Assembly: GCA_977020255.1 (NCBI GenBank) | Contig: CDROCS010002105.1 | Location: forward strand, 124,001-188,000 | Length of the DNA: 64,000 bases | Origin: Obrimoposthia wandeli | Taxonomy: Eukaryota | Direction: 5' to 3' | Shown here: positions 30,624-39,966 of the stretch, piece after piece | Position numbering within the stretch: position 1 is the stretch's first letter | Layout: every line of letters starts with the position of its first letter | Translations under genes and position numbers: made by a program | The notes under the pieces: generated by a model | The model's database searches: none | Told to the model about the DNA's origin: nothing | The model's input: only the letters and a program-made list of their open reading frames with translations

Positions 30624-31262
30624 ATGCGTAAATCAAATATCGCACTATTAGTAGCAGTTGTATTCGCATCACCACTAGCATTAGCTAATCCACCAGTTAC
30701 ACAAGACAGTTATAATACCGATAAGGTAATAGAAAATTCTTATAATACAGATCTTGACGCTGATAAGGTGGATAGCCACAACAAAGACGTTTATGTGACA
30801 AATGTTGGCAACACCGAATACAATAAGACGAAAGATTATACAAATGAAAGCAATACTGAAATCGATTACTCGAAGACGAGTGATAATGATACATTAACCA
30901 TGAAAAATATTGGTAATGATAGAAGCACCTGGAAACAAGATAACAGTGATAACTCGGCGAAAGCAACTTATGACACTACGATGGACTACTCTGAAACTTG
31001 GGATGTCAACGTAGAGATTGATACGTATATGTCGGCTGCTGAGTTAGATGGCGCAGTTATGGGCTCAAGTGTGACATATGGTGGTGCATGTTGCGATAGT
31101 GGTGGCAGTGGAGCAGGTGGTGATTTTACAGTTAATCAAACGAACTCTATGTCTAACTCTTTTGGTGATGCATCTGGTATCAGTATTGCGGGTCAGAACG
31201 TAGGTAATAACGCGTTGGTACAGCAAACTACAAGTACAAATGCGGCTTTGGTTGCCCCTTAG
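30624..31262 (+). CDS. Secreted D/N/S/T-rich putative fibre/amyloid subunit B (paralogue of 29327)
   Basis: Signal; DSYNTD/NSYNTD/DSHN/DNSDNS; TYGGACCD; SFGDASGISIAGQNVGNNALVQQ. Confidence 0.75.
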   Translation: MRKSNIALLVAVVFASPLALANPPVTQDSYNTDKVIENSYNTDLDADKVDSHNKDVYVTNVGNTEYNKTKDYTNESNTEIDYSKTSDNDTLTMKNIGNDRSTWKQDNSDNSAKATYDTTMDYSETWDVNVEIDTYMSAAELDGAVMGSSVTYGGACCDSGGSGAGGDFTVNQTNSMSNSFGDASGISIAGQNVGNNALVQQTTSTNAALVAP

Positions 31263-31416
31263 TCAATGAACTTATTTGTTAAGGGCCTTAGGGCCCTTAT
31301 TAATTTATTAAAATTTTTACAAATGAGACAAAAATTTTAATAAATTAATTAATAATTATACACAAGAAATAAATTGTCTATTAATGACTACATTTTTGTA
31401 CATATAACAGAATGGT

Positions 31417-32097
31417 ATGTTTATGAAAACGTCACTGTTTATTATTGTTAGTATTTTTCTGAGTACATCAGTTTCTGCTCTTGACTATTTTCCGAGTAGA
31501 GGTGCATATAATGTAAAAGTTAAAAGCTACCAAGAGAAGGTTTTTGGCGATGTACAACGGCAACAATATGATTTTAGTTGTGGCTCTGCGGCTGTTGCAT
31601 CGTTATTAACGTATCATTATGGTTTAGAAACATCCGAAAATTCCGTGTTTGAATATATGTTCAAAAACGGAGATAAAGAAAAAATAGAGCAACAGGGTTT
31701 TTCCATGTTAGATATGAAAAACTATCTGGAAGCTCAAGGGTTAACGGCAAATGGGTATAAATTACCGTTAATGAAATTTAAAAAATTAGGCATTCCAGGT
31801 ATTACAGTTGTAAATTTTGATGGCTATATGCATTTTGTTGTAATTAAAGGTATAAATAGCAGTCAAGTTATACTAGGTGATCCTTCTAGAGGGACGCTAA
31901 CAATGGATATTGATGATTTCAAAGAGGGTTACAAGGGCTTAGTTTTATTAGTGAAAAATAACGTCAAAATTGGTAAGGAAAGTTTCATAAAACAAGAAAA
32001 TTATAGTATTTACACGCCCTCTCCTATTTCAGAGGCTGTAACTAGAGAATCACTTGCAACCTTTAGTATTACTCTACCTGGGGCAAATGATTATTAG
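31417..32097 (+). CDS. Secreted stand-alone C39 cysteine peptidase, FapD-like
   Basis: Signal; RQQYDFSCGSAA (Cys), HFVV (His), GDP (Asp); no ABC domain. Confidence 0.9.
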   Translation: MFMKTSLFIIVSIFLSTSVSALDYFPSRGAYNVKVKSYQEKVFGDVQRQQYDFSCGSAAVASLLTYHYGLETSENSVFEYMFKNGDKEKIEQQGFSMLDMKNYLEAQGLTANGYKLPLMKFKKLGIPGITVVNFDGYMHFVVIKGINSSQVILGDPSRGTLTMDIDDFKEGYKGLVLLVKNNVKIGKESFIKQENYSIYTPSPISEAVTRESLATFSITLPGANDY

Positions 32098-32105
32098 AGG
32101 CTAGT

Positions 32106-32618
32106 ATGAAAAAAACATCAAAATGGTTTTTTGCATCTGTAATAGGAGGTGCGGCCTTTTGGGCCAATGCATCAATAAATTACGAGACTATAGATGATTT
32201 TGGTTTACTTACGATCAGTGAAACTGAAATGTCATCGATAAGAGGTGGTTTTGTATCAATTAATGATACGATAATTAATATTGGATTATCTATCTCGACG
32301 GCACTAAATGGTGAAACGGTATTCAGTTCCTATATTGCAGATCTAACGATCGATAATGGGGTGTTAACATCATCATTACCAGAAGAGACAGTGAAGCCAA
32401 TAAGTGTAGTCCAAAATGGTGGAGACAGTAGTAATCAAGCACCAACAACGATAAATATTGATGCTGGAAGCATTGCTAGTATTATTCAAAATACAGTTGA
32501 TAATACAACGATACGCGTCGAAACGCAGCTAGATATACAGGCTGATGTTAATAGCTTTCTTGAACGACAAGTTATTATTAATAGTATAGAAAACTCAATT
32601 TTGTATTCCACGTATTGA
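32106..32618 (+). CDS. Secreted FapE-like accessory subunit
   Basis: Signal; ISETEMSSIRGG; IIQNTVDNTTI. Confidence 0.7.
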   Translation: MKKTSKWFFASVIGGAAFWANASINYETIDDFGLLTISETEMSSIRGGFVSINDTIINIGLSISTALNGETVFSSYIADLTIDNGVLTSSLPEETVKPISVVQNGGDSSNQAPTTINIDAGSIASIIQNTVDNTTIRVETQLDIQADVNSFLERQVIINSIENSILYSTY

Positions 32619-32644
32619 TTAAAAAGATTGTTTTTTTCACCTTT

Positions 32645-32679
32645 AAAAAGGCATAGTAATTAATTACTATGCCTTTTTT
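32645..32679 (+). terminator. Terminator closing the peptidase/FapE-like unit
   Basis: AAAAAGGCATAGTAAT-TA-ATTACTATGCCTTTTTT. Confidence 0.85.
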
Positions 32680-32890
32680 GTTGTATTGGTGGCGATATTG
32701 ATAAAAATATTGATAATTTATTATAAATTAGAGGAACTTTTTAAAACAAATAAGTTGCTGATTTAGTAAGCCTATTTTTAATATTGATTAAAATGTCGCA
32801 TAAACAGATGGATAAAGAGTCATTTTCTTACTTCTGATACCCTACATACGTGTCATTTATTGCCTATATTCTTAATACATCAAAAATAAT

Positions 32891-34267
32891 ATGTACATTG
32901 ATAGCGTGGTGATTTCGATGGTGACTCAATCTAAAAATAAATCAATAAATGGTCGTCTTGTTGCAATTGGTTGTAATTATGAACCTTGGATAGCACTTCT
33001 TGAACAATCAGGATGGAAAACGCATTGCTGTTATGACCTTAGAACAGCAGATGCAATACTGGAAGAGTACAGCCCATGTATATGCATTGTTGATTTAAGC
33101 AATAACGATTTTAGCTTAAATAGTATTTCTTTGAGGGCAAATAAAACTAAACAAGTACGTTGGATTGCACTAATTAAAAAAGAGCAGCTAGAAACGGATG
33201 CTATCTGTCAGTTTATTAATAATTATTGTGTCGATTACTTTTCAATGCCAATCCCTAGCACCTTACTGTTAGACACTGTCGGGCATCAGCTTGGAATGCT
33301 TGAGATAGATGCGAAATCTTGGGTTGAGGTAACGTCACAGCACGATATGGGGCTGTATGGGGACTCTAAATCGATAAAGCAGCTTCGTGATATGGTTAGG
33401 CGTGTAGCATCAACTGAAGTGAATGTTTTTCTCACGGGTGAAAATGGTACAGGCAAAGAGCTTATCGCTAAATCAATTCATAACTTGTCTAAGCGTAAAA
33501 ATGCACCTTTTATTAATGTTAATTGCGGATCACTAACCTCAGATGAAGAGAAAATTGCTTTTTTAAATTCGACAACAAAACTTCATGATGATGAAAAGTC
33601 CAAATTTAATGGTACTATTTTGCTCGATAATGTTGAAGAGTTGTCTAAAGAACTACAAGATGAATTGCTAAGATATTTACAGGCACCTGCGGGGGAGTCT
33701 ATAGATGAAAATACAAATTGTGATATACGTATTGTTGTTTCATCAAGTGCAGATCTTGAAACTGCAGTTGCTAACGGTGAATTTAGTAAAGAGCTCTACT
33801 ATCGCTTGAATGTGTTCCATATTAAAGTGCCGACTCTTAGAGAACGCGGTTCTGATATTTATCTTTTAGCAGAAAAGTTTTTAAATCAGTTTTCTAATGA
33901 ATATAATACATTAGCATCGAGTTTCTCAGAAGATTCTAAGCAGTTACTGTTACGCTATAGCTGGCCTGGTAATGTTAGAGAGTTAATGAATCAAGTAAAG
34001 CGTGCAGCATTGCTTGCTGAGGGCAATGAAGTAAAAGCGGAACATTTTGATTTGCCAAGCAAATCTAACTTCAAGCAAAGCTTGCGTAATATTAAAGATG
34101 AAGCGGAAAAAGATGTATTAGTTGCTGTACTAGAAACACACCGTGGTCAAGTTGCTTCAGCAGCTAAAGATTTGGGTGTATCTCGTGCGACGATGTATCG
34201 TCTATTAAATAAACATAATATAGTTCCTGATGTTCGATATTATAATAATGGACAACTTGGTGAATAG
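32891..34267 (+). CDS. Atypical enhancer-binding protein, VpsR/CpsR-like regulator
   Basis: YEPW..GW, CIVDLS, KQVRW, GHQLGML N-domain typical of VpsR; Walker A GENGTGKE; no GAFTGA loop; Walker B LLDNV; HTH AAKDLGVSRATMYRLLNKH. Confidence 0.85.
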   Translation: MYIDSVVISMVTQSKNKSINGRLVAIGCNYEPWIALLEQSGWKTHCCYDLRTADAILEEYSPCICIVDLSNNDFSLNSISLRANKTKQVRWIALIKKEQLETDAICQFINNYCVDYFSMPIPSTLLLDTVGHQLGMLEIDAKSWVEVTSQHDMGLYGDSKSIKQLRDMVRRVASTEVNVFLTGENGTGKELIAKSIHNLSKRKNAPFINVNCGSLTSDEEKIAFLNSTTKLHDDEKSKFNGTILLDNVEELSKELQDELLRYLQAPAGESIDENTNCDIRIVVSSSADLETAVANGEFSKELYYRLNVFHIKVPTLRERGSDIYLLAEKFLNQFSNEYNTLASSFSEDSKQLLLRYSWPGNVRELMNQVKRAALLAEGNEVKAEHFDLPSKSNFKQSLRNIKDEAEKDVLVAVLETHRGQVASAAKDLGVSRATMYRLLNKHNIVPDVRYYNNGQLGE

Positions 34268-34288
34268 TTTTATTCAGAATTGTTAATT

Positions 34289-34317
34289 AAAAAAGCTCGA
34301 TTAATCGAGCTTTTTTT
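34289..34317. terminator. Bidirectional terminator after the VpsR-like gene
   Basis: AAAAAAGCTCGATTAATCGAGCTTTTTTT. Confidence 0.85.
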
Positions 34318-34369
34318 ATGAATAGCTGTACTGATTTAATAAATAGAAAAGATAAATATGCAAGGTCAA

Positions 34370-34501
34370 TTAATTCAAAATGATAATGACATCATCATAT
34401 TCGTTGTATTCATCTAGCATCAGATATAAGTCATTTGGCTGAATAACCAATAGTTCATCCTCTGTCGGCACGACGAAGGTATTTTTATTTAAAGCATCCA
34501 T
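34370..34501 (-). CDS. 43-aa acidic small protein (below the ORF-track cut-off)
   Basis: RBS AAGGA; MDALNKNTFVVPTEDELLVIQPNDLYLMLDEYNEYDDVIIILN. Confidence 0.5.
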   Translation of the reverse strand: MDALNKNTFVVPTEDELLVIQPNDLYLMLDEYNEYDDVIIILN

Positions 34502-34793
34502 AAATTTCTTCCTTATTTTGTGTTTTATTCCATTAATTACATACTTTCATCATCGAGTTATACTTTAATGCTCATTAGGCATCTATAAGCTCAATAGTCT
34601 TGGTTGAAAATGACAGTAGTATAAATTATTGATCATGGTCTCAGAATATGTTTAATTCTGGCTGTTTTATAGTCAATTCTTGATTGTTACTAGTGTCTTA
34701 GCCTGGGTATAGCGGCAAATGGTATCGAAAGGTGCTTCATACATACGTTGAGGTATTCTGAATCTTGAGGGTGCTTGCCGTTTATAGATCACC

Positions 34794-36236
34794 CTAGTGG
34801 CTGGGTATAAATAAATAGTCCTTATGTTTTAACGCAGTTTGTTGACTTGTCGCATTTTGTAGAGAAAATATTTGTTTGTAAACTGTATAATAGCGATTGA
34901 TATTGCCCACGTAAGTAATGGGTTCAAGCCCGACATGTTTACGTGTTATTACCTCAACATTGTTAAACCATTTTGTACTGTCATAGCCTTGCTCTTCTGC
35001 AAGTCTACGCATTCTATTTATACGTCCTGGTCCTGCATTATAGCTTGCTAAAGCAAAAAACATTTTATTTCTATCATCGATCTCGTCTGTGTTGTAATAC
35101 CTATTCAATATGAAGTCCATATATTTTACGCCAGCATGAATATTGTTATCTATATTATAGATATTTGAAATGTTGATATAAGGTTCTTTTGCTGTTTGTG
35201 GGAGAACTTGCATAATACCAACAGCACCAGCATGTGAACGCTTAGATTGATCAAATTGAGACTCTTGAAAAGCTTGTGCTGCAGTTAATAACCAATTCAT
35301 ATCATACATGTTACTGTAACGAATAAAGCGCTTCTCAAGTTTTTTGAATTTCGCTATATTCGTCGCACTGACCACTTTTTGAAACCATGCTTTACTGTTT
35401 AAATAACGATTGAAAATTATATTGCCATTAAGTGTCCCATATCGATTTTTTTCAATAAAGTTGTTAACCAATTGTGCTAACTCTGGACTGTCTTTTCTAA
35501 AGGCCCAACCGATTGTCCCCCCTTTTCTGATAGGGAAATCAGTGTGCATTTGTAAATCATCAGTCACTAAATCCCAGAACTCTGCTTTATGATTATCCAA
35601 CACCGTCATAGGGATAATTTTTTGCTGGATCATCTGTAATAATTCATAGTCTTGAAGCGTTTCTTCAATGAAGTGTACATACATTGTTTCAAGGCCTTGT
35701 TTAGCTAGTTTTTTATTAATGCGGTTTACACTTCGGTAGTAACTAGAGCTAGCTCTAATCCAAACATTTTTTTTAGATAAATCTTTTAATTGTATGATGG
35801 GGCTTTCATCTGAATGGGTAATAAAAATTTCATTGATATTACTGAGAATAGGAGAGCTAAAATCAACGGTTTTTTTTCGTTGATGTGTAATGGTTAAATT
35901 TGCCGCAACGATGTCGCCAACTCCGGCCTGAAGCGCAGGAAGTAATTGATCTCGATTGATAGGAATAATTTGCAAATGCAGCTTTTGTTTCGTGCTGTTT
36001 AGTACGTGTTGTTCAAACAACAACAGCATTTCAGAGGTTATACCTTTTGGGTGACCTTTATCTAGGTAATAAAAACCAAGGTCGGCAGATACAAGTATTC
36101 TGATTACACCATGCTCGCTCATTTGAGTCAGATCACCAGTAAATTTTGTGTTGGTAATCGGAGATACTTCGAGTGCTAACGATGTTGAAATGAAAGCATT
36201 AAAGCAGAGTAATGCGATGAAGAACCTTTTTAGCAT
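34794..36236 (-). CDS. MltF-like lytic transglycosylase (substrate-binding domain plus SLT domain)
   Basis: GDIVAANLTIT; AFQESQF (catalytic E), GAVGIMQV, ASYNAGPG. Confidence 0.85.
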   Translation of the reverse strand: MLKRFFIALLCFNAFISTSLALEVSPITNTKFTGDLTQMSEHGVIRILVSADLGFYYLDKGHPKGITSEMLLLFEQHVLNSTKQKLHLQIIPINRDQLLPALQAGVGDIVAANLTITHQRKKTVDFSSPILSNINEIFITHSDESPIIQLKDLSKKNVWIRASSSYYRSVNRINKKLAKQGLETMYVHFIEETLQDYELLQMIQQKIIPMTVLDNHKAEFWDLVTDDLQMHTDFPIRKGGTIGWAFRKDSPELAQLVNNFIEKNRYGTLNGNIIFNRYLNSKAWFQKVVSATNIAKFKKLEKRFIRYSNMYDMNWLLTAAQAFQESQFDQSKRSHAGAVGIMQVLPQTAKEPYINISNIYNIDNNIHAGVKYMDFILNRYYNTDEIDDRNKMFFALASYNAGPGRINRMRRLAEEQGYDSTKWFNNVEVITRKHVGLEPITYVGNINRYYTVYKQIFSLQNATSQQTALKHKDYLFIPSH

Positions 36237-36281
36237 GGCGATAACTCAATAAGGTAATGTTATGAGTATAGTCAAAAGTGA

Positions 36282-37409
36282 TTAGAGTAATGAAATGGGT
36301 GCCGATGCTGCTTTGTATTGATTGCGTCCTGCTTCTTTCGCTTTGTAGAGTTGCTCGTCCGCTTCTTGCACTAGTTGCTCTGGCCCCTTCTGATCTTTCC
36401 ATGTTGTTATACCTTGGCTTAATGTTACGAAATTACTTACGCTAGAAGATGGGTGCAGTATGGCTTCTTGTTGTAAGCTGTTATTAATACGTTTAGCGAC
36501 TTTCTTGGCACCCTCTAAGTGGGTGTTGGGTAGGATAATAACAAACTCCTCACCACCATAACGTGAAACAGAATCTGATGTACGCAATAGGCTTCTTTGT
36601 AAGATGCATGCAACACGTTTTAAGCATAAATCACCAGCAGGGTGACCAAGGTTATCGTTGTAATGTTTAAAATGGTCAATATCAATTAAGATAACAGACA
36701 GCGATGAATGATTACGTTTTGCTAAATGAAAATGTTTATCTATTTCATATTCGAAAAATCGTCTGTTATAAAGGTTTGTTAATTGATCTTTGGTTGCTAA
36801 GTCAGACAGTTTTTTTACTAGCCGTTGATTTTCGTGGTCCTTTTCAATACTTTTATAAAACCAGCGATATAACGTTCTACGACCTGTTTCTATAATAATG
36901 CAGCTAGCCAGTGCTTTTTCTATCGGTAATAACAGCAGATGCCCAGCATCAATATAGTTTGCCCAACTACTTATCAATAAAACGGGCAATATTGCTGCGT
37001 ATACGGCGGGGCGGAGAGCATAGAACCCTAATAACGAGACCATCATGAGTAAATCTGAGGTTATTTCAGCGCTGGCCCACATGTGCCCAATAAAAGCGAT
37101 GTGGTAAATAGCTAATGCCCAACTTATGCCAAATAATGAGGCATAAAGTATGGCTATTTTACGCCATCCTTTAGGAGGTGTTTTTGAGTGGTAAAGAGCC
37201 ATTCCTATTAAATAGACAACCGCTTGAAATGAGAATTGAGGCCAAGAACGATCTAGATATAAGGCTGTTTCCTTAATGTTATTTAGCCAAATAGAAGTCA
37301 CAAGCATGAGTAAAAAGGCAAGAGAGAGAGTTGCCGCCCAACGAAAGCCAATGCGTATGTTTCTGTAGATCGAGTCGTCTAACTGTTTAGTTAATGTTTG
37401 CTCATCCAT
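36282..37409 (-). CDS. Membrane-anchored diguanylate cyclase
   Basis: N-terminal TM helices; DQLTNLYNRR, DIDHFK, I-site RTSD, active site GGEEF. Confidence 0.9.
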   Translation of the reverse strand: MDEQTLTKQLDDSIYRNIRIGFRWAATLSLAFLLMLVTSIWLNNIKETALYLDRSWPQFSFQAVVYLIGMALYHSKTPPKGWRKIAILYASLFGISWALAIYHIAFIGHMWASAEITSDLLMMVSLLGFYALRPAVYAAILPVLLISSWANYIDAGHLLLLPIEKALASCIIIETGRRTLYRWFYKSIEKDHENQRLVKKLSDLATKDQLTNLYNRRFFEYEIDKHFHLAKRNHSSLSVILIDIDHFKHYNDNLGHPAGDLCLKRVACILQRSLLRTSDSVSRYGGEEFVIILPNTHLEGAKKVAKRINNSLQQEAILHPSSSVSNFVTLSQGITTWKDQKGPEQLVQEADEQLYKAKEAGRNQYKAASAPISLL

Positions 37410-37601
37410 AGCACATTCTTTTATTAATTTATTATCATGTCGAGTGTACTTTATAAACGAAAAGGCAAGGATTTTATTTTCATAAACAGAGGCGATTACA
37501 CAATAAAATTGTTGACAAAAATGATTGTAAAATTCGTTACACGTAAAAATTTGGCACTGCTCAAATTCATTGCTTATTCACTGTACTATGATCAAAATAA
37601 A

Positions 37602-37690
37602 CTGATTTAGATCAATGTTTGTTTCTCTTAAATCTCGCCTAATACACCACATGTTGTATTTTCACTCTCACTAAAGCCTATATTTTGTGT
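37602..37690 (+). promoter_or_regulatory. FNR box and tandem NrdR boxes upstream of nrdD
   Basis: CTGAT-TTAG-ATCAA 37602-37615; ACACCACATGTTGTAT 37644 and AGCCTATATTTTGTGT 37675, 31 bp apart. Confidence 0.75.
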
Positions 37691-37725
37691 TTTAAGTGAC
37701 AGTGTCATGTTAGTAGGAGCTTTGT

Positions 37726-39861
37726 GTGAAACCTGTAGTGATTAAGCGTGATGGATGCCGTGTACCGTTCAATACTCAACGTATTAAAGAGGCGATATTA
37801 GGTGCAGCCCAATCAGTTGATGAAGTAGACGTAGAAGCAATGAATGAAGCCTACGCCGCTTCTGTTGCAGATGGTGTATTGTCTCAATTTTTGTCAGCTG
37901 AAGAAGTTGAAATTCACGCCATTCAAGATGCAGTAGAAAACCATTTGATGGTTGGCCCACACAAAGCCGTTGCGCGTGCTTATATTGAATATCGACACGA
38001 TCGTGATATTGCACGTGATAAGAAAAGCCTACTTAATAATGAAATTCGAGGCTTAATCGAACAGAGCAATGCATCGTTATTAAACGAGAATGCAAACAAA
38101 GACAGTAAAGTGATTCCTACTCAGCGAGATTTGCTGGCGGGCATCGTGGCAAAGCATTACGCTAAGCAGCACTTGTTACCTCGTGACATTGTAATGGCAC
38201 ACGAGCAAGGCGATATTCACTATCATGATCTAGATTATTCACCGTTTTTCCCTATGTTCAACTGTATGCTCATCGATCTAGATGGCATGCTGACACATGG
38301 CTTTAAAATGGGTAACGCTGAAATTGATACACCTAAATCAATTTCAACGGCTACAGCGGTTACGGCACAAATTATTGCTCAAGTTGCTAGCCATATTTAC
38401 GGCGGTACAACCATAAATCGTATCGACGAAGTACTAGCACCTTATGTAACCGTAAGCTACGAGAAGCATTTGAGTGTTGCTACAGAATGGGGCATAGCTG
38501 ATCCAGAAGCGTTTGCTCGCTCTCGTACCGACAAAGAATGTTATGACGCATTTCAATCTTTAGAATACGAAGTCAATACGCTACACACTGCTAATGGGCA
38601 AACACCGTTTGTGACATTTGGCTTTGGTTTGGGTACGTCTTGGGAATCACGTTTAATCCAACAATCAATTCTAAGTAATCGTATTGCAGGATTGGGTAAG
38701 AATCGTAAAACAGCCGTATTCCCTAAGCTTGTATTTGCCATTAAAGATGGTTTAAACCATAAGCAAGATGATCCAAACTACGACATCAAAACACTTGCAC
38801 TAGAATGTGCATCGAAGCGTATGTACCCTGACATTCTTAATTACGACAAAGTAGTTGAGATAACGGGTTCATTTAAAACCCCAATGGGTTGTCGTAGTTT
38901 CTTAGGCACTTATGAAGAAAATGGTAAGTTGATTCATGAAGGTCGTAATAACATTGGTGTTGTTAGCCTTAACTTACCGCGTATTGCCTTACAAGCAGAA
39001 GGTAGTGAAGCGCGTTTCTATGCATTATTAGATGACCGTCTAGTTCTAGCTCGTCGTGCTCTTGAAACACGTATTGCACGCCTTGACGGTGTTAAAGCAC
39101 GTGTTGCACCTATTCTTTATATGGAAGGGGCGTGTGGTGTTCGTTTGAATGCTGATGATGATGTATCTGAAATCTTTAAAAATGGCCGTGCATCTATTTC
39201 TCTGGGTTACATTGGTATTCACGAAACAATCAATGCTATTTTTGGCACTGAAACACATGTCTACGATGACGAGGCACTACGTCAAAAAGCCGTTGATATT
39301 GTTAAGTACCTAAAAGCTGCGACAGATAAGTGGCAAGCAGAAACAGGTTACGCTTTCAGTTTATACAGTACGCCAAGTGAAAATCTATGTAGCCGCTTTT
39401 GTGCGATTGACGCGAAAGAGTTTGGTGTAGTAGAAGGCGTAACTGACAAAGGTTATTACACGAACAGTTTTCACCTCGATGTAGAAAAACAAGTAAACCC
39501 ATACGACAAAATTGATTTTGAAATGCCATATCCAGAAGTGACGAGTGGTGGCTTCATTTGCTATGGCGAATACCCAAATATTCAACATAACGTTGAAGCG
39601 TTAGAGAACGTATGGGATTACAGCTATACACGTGTACCCTATTACGGAACAAACACGCCAATTGATGAATGCTACGAATGTGGCTTCATGGGAGAGTTTG
39701 ACTGTACGAGCAAAGGTTTCACATGCCCTAAATGTGGTAACCATGAACCGTCGAAAGTGTCTGTAACGCGTCGCGTGTGTGGCTATTTAGGCAGTCCTGA
39801 TGCCCGTCCGTTTAACTTCGGTAAGCAAGAAGAAGTGAAACGTCGCGTTAAGCACATGTAA
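37726..39861 (+). CDS. nrdD: Anaerobic (class III) ribonucleotide reductase
   Basis: ATP cone, TPMGCRSFL, RRVCGYLG glycyl-radical site. Confidence 0.98.
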   Translation: MKPVVIKRDGCRVPFNTQRIKEAILGAAQSVDEVDVEAMNEAYAASVADGVLSQFLSAEEVEIHAIQDAVENHLMVGPHKAVARAYIEYRHDRDIARDKKSLLNNEIRGLIEQSNASLLNENANKDSKVIPTQRDLLAGIVAKHYAKQHLLPRDIVMAHEQGDIHYHDLDYSPFFPMFNCMLIDLDGMLTHGFKMGNAEIDTPKSISTATAVTAQIIAQVASHIYGGTTINRIDEVLAPYVTVSYEKHLSVATEWGIADPEAFARSRTDKECYDAFQSLEYEVNTLHTANGQTPFVTFGFGLGTSWESRLIQQSILSNRIAGLGKNRKTAVFPKLVFAIKDGLNHKQDDPNYDIKTLALECASKRMYPDILNYDKVVEITGSFKTPMGCRSFLGTYEENGKLIHEGRNNIGVVSLNLPRIALQAEGSEARFYALLDDRLVLARRALETRIARLDGVKARVAPILYMEGACGVRLNADDDVSEIFKNGRASISLGYIGIHETINAIFGTETHVYDDEALRQKAVDIVKYLKAATDKWQAETGYAFSLYSTPSENLCSRFCAIDAKEFGVVEGVTDKGYYTNSFHLDVEKQVNPYDKIDFEMPYPEVTSGGFICYGEYPNIQHNVEALENVWDYSYTRVPYYGTNTPIDECYECGFMGEFDCTSKGFTCPKCGNHEPSKVSVTRRVCGYLGSPDARPFNFGKQEEVKRRVKHM

Positions 39862-39966
39862 TGTAAAATATATAGATTCATTAAAAAGAACGTTTAAGAA
39901 GTGCCTGTTTGGCACTTCTTGCGTTTCGTTGTTCGTTAGTACGTTTTAAGGTTGAGGAAACAAAGC

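Noticed and set aside
28952-32890. Sigma54 (-24/-12) promoters for the Fap-like genes
   Set aside because: No TGGCAC-N5-TTGC found by eye, and the regulator lacks GAFTGA
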